A DNA stretch of 64,000 nucleotides, taken from a virus. The stretch lies in IMG/VR virus record IMGVR_UViG_3300017774_004344, positions 1 through 64,000 of that record. One strand, given 5' to 3'. The stretch's first letter is position 1. Each line of letters opens with the position of its first letter. A program made the translations under genes and the position numbers. Shown here piece after piece: positions 56,001 through 64,000 of this stretch. The notes under the pieces are model-generated. The model saw only the letters and a list, made by a program, of their open reading frames with translations, was not told where the DNA came from and did not search any database.

Positions 56001-59000
56001 TCAAGTTTGAGACGAATGGCCGAACCACCCGCCGGGGTCTGGAGATGGTTGAGACGTTGAGCTACCCCCTGTAGGAACAACTTGGACCCATTGAGTAGAG
56101 TTGCTATCGTTATATAGTACATACAGGATACCGGAGTTAGAGTTCCAGTAAAGAGAACCTTCCGGTAAGCCACTTATTGAAGGTGGGGTGGAGCTTACAA
56201 TAACGTAAGCCGAGCTACCTCCACCTCCAGACGGCGTAGCCTCAACCCACTGAGTGGAATTTCCGTCATTGTAACGAATGAATAGAGTGCCTAGGGTATT
56301 ATCCCAGTATAGGGAACCGTCAATAGCCCCGTTTGTTGAGTTCCCAGCTATAGGTGGAGAAGAACTCACCGGAACTTCGAGCTTAAGTGTCGGAGCCGAG
56401 AAGTTAATCCCCAGTCCAGCAGTCAGTAAGTTGAGGTAGAACGATGGGGAGAAAGTTGGTGCCCCCGAAACCAAGCCATTTATAGTTAGGTTGTTTACGG
56501 TTAGCGACTCAAAACTGTTGGGGAACTCGCCCTGATTTTGACTCCCTATGTTTGCTATACCAGTTGTGGTATTTGTAGTTAAGTCGGTAATCCCTGCGGG
56601 ACTAATGAGGTATCCTTCCTGATTATACCCCGTGGCATAAACCTTACCTCCCCTGTCGTTCGTGAAGTAGTAGTTGAACTGGTTTTGAGCGGACAGTTCG
56701 CCTTGGTATGGGGGTAGGGCCTTAGTATAGTTCAAGTAACCCGACCATTCCCAAGCGTGACCGAACATCCTAACGATTGAAGGTCTTCTGAGCTGAACCC
56801 CCCAGTTGGAAAGACCTATAGCGGCCCCGTCAGGAATAAAACCACGCATATCGCTGGAGCTGGCAGGGTTGAGTCTCCTATTCTGGTTCAGGGAAGGTGT
56901 CAGAAGTGTGGTAACTTGCGAGGGTGTAAAGCCCATAGCTACCAAGAACTGGTAAACACCTCTGTAGTCAGTAGCAGTAGTATACTGTCTGATGATATCT
57001 GTATCAGTCGTCCAAGCTGTGGTCAGATTATAACCGCAAGTTGTACTAGTTTCGTCCCCATCTGTGTCATTATTAAATATAATAATAGGGGCTACATTGC
57101 CAAAGAAGTCGTATGCGTTGTAGTCCGAAGCCATGTGGACATAGGACTCGCTCCAGTGGTACTCATCAAAGATGAGGTCAGAGTTCTGAAGGATACAAGT
57201 ATAGTGTTTCTTATCTTTTTTAACTGTGTCCCCGGGACGATAGAAATTGCCGGAAGACCAGTTGTTGGATGGGTTACCCCTTTCAAGAACCAACTGTGCC
57301 CTTTTCAGAGAAGGAAGGGTGCCAGGTGGGATGGAAGCAGAGGACGTAACCAGGACCACGTTTTCATCGGGTATGGTACCAACAACAGCGTAATCTCCAG
57401 GGGTGGTCTGCAAGACGTAGTCCCTAAGCGGAGTCCTAACGGTAGGGTTATCGGTAGAAACGTCAATGCTGTACTTTCTACGGTTCTCTGCACGAGTGTC
57501 AACAAGACGGCGGATATAGACTCGGTTACCGGCTAGATTTGGTTGAACCACTCCGCCAGGGGATGCCTGACCGGGGTAAGTACCCTGCTGGTTGTTCATT
57601 CGGGCAGTGATTGAAATCTGATTTGGCATATCAGGATCCCAAGCTATTGTGTCCAAAGGAGCCCTAAAGTCATACCCGTAAAAGTTCTCTACCCAAAGAT
57701 AACTACCTGGCTTGAACGTATATTCTTTAGATGCCAAAATCTCAGGAGTTCCGGGGTATAGCTCCGAGTTAATTAGATCTTCGGTCAGCACGATGGTTAA
57801 GGTATTATCGGCAACAAAGGAAGCAACGGTTCCTAAATAAGTCCTGGAGATATTGTTTGTATCTTCCTGCAGGTTAGTAGCGACGTTGATGTAAGAAGTG
57901 TTCCAATCTGTATCCTGAGGGAAAGCAAACTGTTTGTAACCTTGCGCAATACCTGCGCAACCGCCGAACGAGCTGTTGGAGTTGGTGATAGAAATTTCAC
58001 CACCGGAATGAGTCCAATGGTGAACTCCCTGGCCAATTGCAAACACTGATACTTCTTGAATGAAAGCATCATTGATTGCCCGAATGTGGAAGCTGCGCTT
58101 TGCAGGGTCCATTCGGATGTTGTTGGGGGTGAGTTCAACGTAAGTGTTGTACGCAAAAATCGTATTCTCCCAGACCTTAGTAGTTGTACTATACTGCTGC
58201 CAGCAAGTTAGGTCTTTTTGTAGTGAAACACCCGTAAACTGGGAAACCACCATAGATTTGAATCCAGTTACACCCAGACCATCTGCGTTGATGCCGCAAA
58301 GGCCATACTTTGACCTAATCGAACAGTTGAAAATATATGGTGAAGAACCAATAATTCCATCTGTGGCAGTGTTTGGGCTTGTAAAAGGCTGAGGTGCAAC
58401 AATCTCAGTTTCTCCAGGGTTGGCGACAAAGTCTGGAACAATCTGCTGAAAAACGACTTGAACTTTATTATAGTAATTTTCTAGATCAGCATCGGAAACA
58501 AAGGAGAAACAATCTAGCAAGTGGTGAGTGAAATTATAGTCTAATTTATCTTTGAAAGAGAAGTTGAAAAAGAATGCTCCACCCGTAATACGGAAGATGG
58601 CAGCACGATCATCTTCGATGTTGCCTGTGCCCTCGGGTACATATAGGGGGCGGATGATAGTTTTTCTCAGGTCTTCGCCAATAATCGAAACACCTCGGGG
58701 CAGGATTATACCACCTGTCCCAGCACTGTTCATATGCTGTAACTGTAAGTCAGTCGGCACTTGATTATTGGTCCAGGTTGAAACACTGTTTGAACCAGGG
58801 TTATTATCAACAATGTGAACACCTGCTGAGCAGTGAATCACAAACCGGTCATAAAAGGTTGGGTTAAATCCTGCACCGTTTTGAACACGAGCAACCTCTA
58901 ATGCAGCTCTACTGATGGTTTTGAAAGGCTTTTGAGCAGTATAGCCAGCCTGCGTCATTTGGTTGGTGATAACTGGTACTACCGTGTTATCATAGATCCC

Positions 59001-59534
59001 GGTTACATAAACGTCGCTACCAATTTGGGAGTTAACATATAGAGTATAAGTTCCCGTGAGCAAAGCTTCGTCAAGGTCTGCTGGCCCGAAAGAAGCCTGC
59101 AACCAAGAGCCACCTACGTTAATGGAGAGATTATTGCTTTCACTGTTCCAATAAAGACCCCCTTCCGGTGCATCCTCTAGCCCTGTCCCGATTGTAGGTG
59201 GAGTCGCAGAAACGGGTAGGGCAGCCTTCAAGTGAACTGCGCCTATACCTTCCTCCATCAAGCCGAAGCCGGGAACCCTGCCCCAAGATAGAATTCCGGT
59301 GGAATTAACGAAGAGCTGACCACCATTTATAGGTGCAGCAGGCCAAACGTAGGAGTTATATGCAGCAGGGTTATTTGTCCTTACAACTCCGGTCGCCGAA
59401 GAGGAGTTGAAGGTGATGGTGCCGTCTAAGGCAATATTGACACCGGCTCCTGCTTTAACCCCTTGGACTTGTCCGGGTAAAACAGGGCCTTGGCCGCTGT
59501 CTCCCATTAGTAGTTGAGCTCTAGTTAATGACAC
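56001..59534 (-). CDS. large tail/baseplate fibre protein
   Basis: PFKTISRAALE, GGIILPRGVSIIGEDLRK, SPYIFNCSIRS; paralog of the next gene. Confidence 0.75.
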   Translation of the reverse strand: MSLTRAQLLMGDSGQGPVLPGQVQGVKAGAGVNIALDGTITFNSSSATGVVRTNNPAAYNSYVWPAAPINGGQLFVNSTGILSWGRVPGFGLMEEGIGAVHLKAALPVSATPPTIGTGLEDAPEGGLYWNSESNNLSINVGGSWLQASFGPADLDEALLTGTYTLYVNSQIGSDVYVTGIYDNTVVPVITNQMTQAGYTAQKPFKTISRAALEVARVQNGAGFNPTFYDRFVIHCSAGVHIVDNNPGSNSVSTWTNNQVPTDLQLQHMNSAGTGGIILPRGVSIIGEDLRKTIIRPLYVPEGTGNIEDDRAAIFRITGGAFFFNFSFKDKLDYNFTHHLLDCFSFVSDADLENYYNKVQVVFQQIVPDFVANPGETEIVAPQPFTSPNTATDGIIGSSPYIFNCSIRSKYGLCGINADGLGVTGFKSMVVSQFTGVSLQKDLTCWQQYSTTTKVWENTIFAYNTYVELTPNNIRMDPAKRSFHIRAINDAFIQEVSVFAIGQGVHHWTHSGGEISITNSNSSFGGCAGIAQGYKQFAFPQDTDWNTSYINVATNLQEDTNNISRTYLGTVASFVADNTLTIVLTEDLINSELYPGTPEILASKEYTFKPGSYLWVENFYGYDFRAPLDTIAWDPDMPNQISITARMNNQQGTYPGQASPGGVVQPNLAGNRVYIRRLVDTRAENRRKYSIDVSTDNPTVRTPLRDYVLQTTPGDYAVVGTIPDENVVLVTSSASIPPGTLPSLKRAQLVLERGNPSNNWSSGNFYRPGDTVKKDKKHYTCILQNSDLIFDEYHWSESYVHMASDYNAYDFFGNVAPIIIFNNDTDGDETSTTCGYNLTTAWTTDTDIIRQYTTATDYRGVYQFLVAMGFTPSQVTTLLTPSLNQNRRLNPASSSDMRGFIPDGAAIGLSNWGVQLRRPSIVRMFGHAWEWSGYLNYTKALPPYQGELSAQNQFNYYFTNDRGGKVYATGYNQEGYLISPAGITDLTTNTTTGIANIGSQNQGEFPNSFESLTVNNLTINGLVSGAPTFSPSFYLNLLTAGLGINFSAPTLKLEVPVSSSPPIAGNSTNGAIDGSLYWDNTLGTLFIRYNDGNSTQWVEATPSGGGGSSAYVIVSSTPPSISGLPEGSLYWNSNSGILYVLYNDSNSTQWVQVVPTGGSSTSQPSPDPGGWFGHSSQT

Positions 59535-59575
59535 TGTTTTCAGAACTAACGTATATAGTGAACTTTACCCTTTAA

Positions 59576-62500
59576 TCACAACAGGCCTGCTTCGTTAGCC
59601 AACGTCAGGACTATGCCAGGACCCCAACGCAAGAAGCTGCTTCCATACTTACCTTGGTTTGGGCAGAAAATGAATTCGGCGTTTGTAATTACCCTCAAGT
59701 TCACAAGAGTATCGGACTGAGGGGCATCCGTGGGATCCAAGAAGGTTAGAACTGAGTTTTCAACTGTGTAAGAAACTCCCGGAATTTGAACAGCGCCACC
59801 CAAACTTAGTAGAAGGTTATCAGCAGTTACAGTAGCTGCGTTTACAACTTTCCCCCCATACTTCAGAGTGAAAGAGGTCTGAGCCCCATTGAATTCACTG
59901 CTGATATCATCGAGGGAATAAACTCCCACAGGGAAAGTTGAACGTAGAGACCAGTAGGAGCCAGAACAAATAGCTCTCACGTCGAGAGTAGTGCCCGCAG
60001 GAGGTACACCCGTGAAAGAGAATTGAACTGTTGTTGGGGAAGTTCTTTCTACCGAGTACGAGAATGGTAGAGAAGGGTTCACATTTGAGAGAGGAATTTG
60101 CTCAACGCCACCCAAGAAGACAAAAGTGTTGTTAGCAGTGATCTCCAAAGGTACCAGAGAAGCCGGATCAGACGGAATATTAGCAGTGAAAGTAGTTCTT
60201 GCCCCATCGAAGGTTTCAACGAAAGCTAATGTAGCGACCGTTAGAGTTCGGCTTGAGTCAACGCTAGTTATGATTCGAACGTTGCTCGACAAACCGGCTA
60301 CGGGGAGAGTTGTGAACTGAATTCTGTTCCCGATAAGTATGTAGTCTTGGTAAGGTTTTTGAACGGAAGCACCGAGTGTCACTAACATTGACTCTGCAAG
60401 CAGCTGATCCGGAGGAATTGCTAAACCACTGCGAGTTAAATCGAAAGTTGATTGAGAGCCATCGAAACTTGACGAGAAGTCGTCGGCAGAGTAAACAACA
60501 ACTTGTGAGGGGAATTCAACATAAGGTTGTTCTTCATAGATTTGCTGATTGCTCGGGTTTACAATTGGAGCAGTAGATTCGCAATAGTTCGCAGTGAGAG
60601 CCTGACGCTGAGGACCAAACTGTACTATTTCTCCCTTGTCGTTAACTCCTATTACCGTGAGTCTTCCACTCCACGTAGTCGTAGCTTGGTAATCCGTGGC
60701 TAACTTTCTCGTGAAGTCGTTACTTTGAAACTCAGGAAGACCCCTAGAATAATTGTAGTATCCTGCATAAGCCCAAGTGTGAGTGTTAGCAATTACAATC
60801 GAAGGTTGGTTAAACTCCAGGGGCCACTTATCTGTTGTCAATGCATACCCGTCAATCGGTAAATTCCCGGTTAAAGAAAGTACAGATAGTAAGCGTTCCC
60901 CCCAGTATTTCGGGGTTAAGTATGGTTTCATAACAATTTGAGAGTAACCCATAACTTCGAAGAAACGGTACATGGCTCTCTTCGTGTTAATCCAGTCAGG
61001 GTCGTAAAGTTCGGACTGGGGGATTGGATTTGTACTGCAAACTGCGACTATGGTTTGTTGAGGCCAATCGTTGCCCGGTAAAGTTGTTGGGTAATAACTA
61101 TTTTCGTAAGTTAAACGAATACCTCTAACAACCGTTCCATTAAGGTTTATCACTCGGATGTACTCAACTCCCGACACAGAGCTCAGTCTCAGTATAGAAA
61201 CCGTTTGGCGAGGGTTCTCAATATTTACGGAGGATAGAACGGAGAACTCGACTATTGCGGGACGGTATCTTTGCGGGGTTGGAGTCAAAGTTGCCTGTTG
61301 CTCTGACTGGATCTCTATCAATTCTGAAACAGTATAAGTTACCTCACCATCCGCCAAATCTTTCAAGCATAGTCCTAATCCCTCGGTGCTATCGTCTCCA
61401 TCATACACATTCTGAGGAGAGTACGTTGGGTAAGGTTCTGTTGCTCCTCTGAAATAAGTTTGTTCCAGGTAGCCGTCTAAGGCTAGGTAGGAGTCCGCAG
61501 CGTAAGAACCTTGGAAAGTTTCTGAGACTTTGTCTTGTCTTTCTAGAACACTCGTGTCCACGAAAGGCGAGCAGGATTCAACAGGCGCAATAGAGTAAGG
61601 TCCGAAGCTATCAGTGAAACTAGAAGCATCTCCGTAATAAACACAACCCCATAGGTTGTTTTCGGCCGAGTACCAATTTCTATTCCTGTACGTTGTGTAA
61701 GAACCAGCAGGAAGGTCAAAGTTCGGACCTTGCCCCCAGGGACGACTGTAATCTGTAGTCGTAATAGCAACGTAATAAGTAAGGTCCTGGTTGCTGTCTC
61801 CTATCACGTAGTTGAATTGGGGAGAAGAACCTTGCCCACCCGTCTCGGTTGCGTCAACTGTAAAAATTCTCCCCCAGCCACCCAAGATTCCAGGGTCAAA
61901 TTGCACGTTAGGTCTTAGAGAAACAGACCCTAGTTGCTGACTGGTTTGATTCAAGCGCAGAACCGAACCAACTTGGGGCGCGATTGCGTTTGGGAGGGTG
62001 TTACGAATGAAAAGACTGTAAGACCTCTCAAAATCGAGTCGTGGGTCTATAAATCTTCTAATGTAGGGAACCCCCAAAACTGGAAGAAGACCTTCGTCAT
62101 TCGGAATAGTGCTGTCTGAGGATCTGAGTCTAATTTTAGCAAAATTGATGGGGTCTCCCAAACCTGTTATAATTGTGGGACCGCCATCTGTGGCTAGAAA
62201 ACCCCTGTAGGTACAAGACTCGGTTTCTACCCATAGTGCAGTGCCAGGTGCCAATGAATAAGGCAACAAATAGCAAGGTAAGAAGTCCGAGTTCAGCTCG
62301 AGAATTTGCGTATTAGGGTCTTCAGGGTCAATATAGATAGCAGAGATTTTCCCACCGAGAGAGAGGATTTTCTTATTATCTTGGCTCTCTACTTGTGACT
62401 TCAGAAGCGCCAAAGGTCTTTGAACACCCTCTAAAACGAAACCCTTTCCGTTGGGCTTTGCCCCTCCAATGGTGTTAATTCCAAGGAAACCTTCGGTCTT

Positions 62501-64000
62501 AAAGGCAACTGATCCGAAGTTTGTCGTACTATTTGTTAAGCTACAAATACCGCCATTCAAGGCCCAAACACCGATTGCGGGCCCAATGCTGTAAACCGAT
62601 TGAAATTGTCCGTAGGCACCGTTCCTTACTCTGAACCCGAAGTGCCGGAAGTCTCTTTCAATGTCAACAATCCCTATGCTTGCCCCTCCAGGTTCTGTCA
62701 GGTTCTTGTAATAGTAGCGTATGTTATTTATCGGTGTTGAGTTGAGCAGGGAAAGCTGCTCAGAAACAGGAACATCGGCTATTGAAGAGGGACGAAGTTC
62801 GACAGGAGTGGACAAGAACTTTGCTTCGGTTAAATTCCACCACTTTTGTTCGGGTAGTCCGGTAGCAGGGTTCACCAAAGTTGTGTAAATTTCGTACACA
62901 CAAGGATCATTCTGAAGAGAAATCGCTGTGCAAGCATTCGCAATCACTGACTTGAATCCGGAAACTATGGAGCCATCGAAGTCTCCCCAATTCATTCCGT
63001 ATTCAGATCTCAAGTTAACTTGATTTGCGTAGAAAGACGAGTTTTTAGTTGTGTTGGATCCTTCGTTATTTGGATAAGCCTCAACCGGACCCACAATCAC
63101 GTAGTCTCCGCTGTTCACTATACTAGAACCCTCTGTAACTCTGCCACCAAAGAAGTCTGGAAAAGCTCTTTGTACTTTTGTGAAGTAATCACCAATGTCT
63201 GCCAGAGTAGCATTTTCAAAAACTTTCAACCTGTGAGACGACTTGAGTGTGTTTGTCACTAAAAGTTTAGGAGTTTTACCAGAACCTAAAAGTGGCAAAG
63301 CTGTGAATGGAACGTACTCTGACGCAGGGCTTTCGGTTTGAGAGCCGTAGGAAAGGTAGAAATTGTAAGTGTCTAGAGGTATCGCGTAGTAATTTCCGGC
63401 AGCGAAAGTTCCGGTGCTCTGGTCTACTATGGGCTCGAAGCTAACGGAAACGATGTCATTGAAGCCGAGGCCATGCGGTCTTTCTGAGCCGAAGACGGCT
63501 AGACCGTTTTCATCTAATACTGAAACTACTACTCTAGAAGTTAACTTATCAATGACGGAAAAGTCGTTGGCTAAAACATTTCCTCCACACTTAAGGATTG
63601 AACTCAAAGGTTGATCTACACCCTGAGAAGCCGGAGGGAAGGACGGGTTTAAGTAAGTTGGAACGTAAGAAGGCGAAATTATACACTTCTTCAGATCTAA
63701 GCCCCGAATTGAAATGCCGAAAGGCACTATAATTCCGCCTTCAACGGGGTTAAACTGCTGAAGTTGTGAAGTTGTGACCGCTGTTTCTGTTGAAGAGGAG
63801 AAATTCACGGTGAAGTCAGTGACACTAACTCCGGGGCCGTTGTTCGCTGTAATTACTGAGGACGACAGGAAAATTGTGTAGCGGTTGCTCTCGTCCGAAG
63901 TTGAAAAACCAGTTAAAACTCGGCTTATATAAATCTTAGATAGCTCAAGTATTGCACGAGAGAGGGTCTGAAATGGTAGAGCTTGCCCATCATTCCTCAA
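59576..64000 (-). CDS. large tail/baseplate fibre protein (5' end outside the window)
   Basis: PFQTLSRAILE, GGIIVPFGISIRGLDLKK; C-terminal repeats DD.SS.F.G....F.L. Confidence 0.75.
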   Translation of the reverse strand: MRNDGQALPFQTLSRAILELSKIYISRVLTGFSTSDESNRYTIFLSSSVITANNGPGVSVTDFTVNFSSSTETAVTTSQLQQFNPVEGGIIVPFGISIRGLDLKKCIISPSYVPTYLNPSFPPASQGVDQPLSSILKCGGNVLANDFSVIDKLTSRVVVSVLDENGLAVFGSERPHGLGFNDIVSVSFEPIVDQSTGTFAAGNYYAIPLDTYNFYLSYGSQTESPASEYVPFTALPLLGSGKTPKLLVTNTLKSSHRLKVFENATLADIGDYFTKVQRAFPDFFGGRVTEGSSIVNSGDYVIVGPVEAYPNNEGSNTTKNSSFYANQVNLRSEYGMNWGDFDGSIVSGFKSVIANACTAISLQNDPCVYEIYTTLVNPATGLPEQKWWNLTEAKFLSTPVELRPSSIADVPVSEQLSLLNSTPINNIRYYYKNLTEPGGASIGIVDIERDFRHFGFRVRNGAYGQFQSVYSIGPAIGVWALNGGICSLTNSTTNFGSVAFKTEGFLGINTIGGAKPNGKGFVLEGVQRPLALLKSQVESQDNKKILSLGGKISAIYIDPEDPNTQILELNSDFLPCYLLPYSLAPGTALWVETESCTYRGFLATDGGPTIITGLGDPINFAKIRLRSSDSTIPNDEGLLPVLGVPYIRRFIDPRLDFERSYSLFIRNTLPNAIAPQVGSVLRLNQTSQQLGSVSLRPNVQFDPGILGGWGRIFTVDATETGGQGSSPQFNYVIGDSNQDLTYYVAITTTDYSRPWGQGPNFDLPAGSYTTYRNRNWYSAENNLWGCVYYGDASSFTDSFGPYSIAPVESCSPFVDTSVLERQDKVSETFQGSYAADSYLALDGYLEQTYFRGATEPYPTYSPQNVYDGDDSTEGLGLCLKDLADGEVTYTVSELIEIQSEQQATLTPTPQRYRPAIVEFSVLSSVNIENPRQTVSILRLSSVSGVEYIRVINLNGTVVRGIRLTYENSYYPTTLPGNDWPQQTIVAVCSTNPIPQSELYDPDWINTKRAMYRFFEVMGYSQIVMKPYLTPKYWGERLLSVLSLTGNLPIDGYALTTDKWPLEFNQPSIVIANTHTWAYAGYYNYSRGLPEFQSNDFTRKLATDYQATTTWSGRLTVIGVNDKGEIVQFGPQRQALTANYCESTAPIVNPSNQQIYEEQPYVEFPSQVVVYSADDFSSSFDGSQSTFDLTRSGLAIPPDQLLAESMLVTLGASVQKPYQDYILIGNRIQFTTLPVAGLSSNVRIITSVDSSRTLTVATLAFVETFDGARTTFTANIPSDPASLVPLEITANNTFVFLGGVEQIPLSNVNPSLPFSYSVERTSPTTVQFSFTGVPPAGTTLDVRAICSGSYWSLRSTFPVGVYSLDDISSEFNGAQTSFTLKYGGKVVNAATVTADNLLLSLGGAVQIPGVSYTVENSVLTFLDPTDAPQSDTLVNLRVITNAEFIFCPNQGKYGSSFLRWGPGIVLTLANEAGLL

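Overview
This 64 kb window is part of a large tailed cyanophage genome, probably contractile-tailed. Almost all genes are on the minus strand. It has four blocks. (1) 1-11.3 kb and 47-64 kb: virion fibre/adhesin genes (collagen-like, Gly-rich, Ig/LamG, LRR-like, tail collar) and a GT4 glycosyltransferase. (2) 11.4-13.3 kb: an unusually divergent psbA (D1) with a structured 5' leader and a downstream HNH-like endonuclease. (3) 13.5-22.1 kb: a cluster of paralogous proteins that share an N-terminal leader (G-[SN]-F-[ST] helix, F-x-E, then YD[FY]TRCVRPNGTAYGTGGxCRKG). This leader is joined to different enzymatic domains: protein kinases, an ADP-ribosyltransferase and an HxGH nucleotidyltransferase. 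Two of the kinases are followed by tiny translationally coupled ORFs. This cluster is the best candidate for an undescribed system: modular, virion-packaged host-takeover effectors. (4) 22-47 kb: two sigma factors, nrdA with an inserted glutaredoxin, nrdB, a GIY-YIG endonuclease, hli, speD, an NblA-like gene, dCMP deaminase, MazG, an SF3 helicase, tail morphogenesis/tape measure genes, a 5'-3' exonuclease, thyX and a DEDDh exonuclease. A strand-coherent GGGTAAAA-like motif sits about 21-49 nt upstream of roughly 15 genes and is probably the phage late promoter. All calls come from motif recognition by eye; no searches were run.
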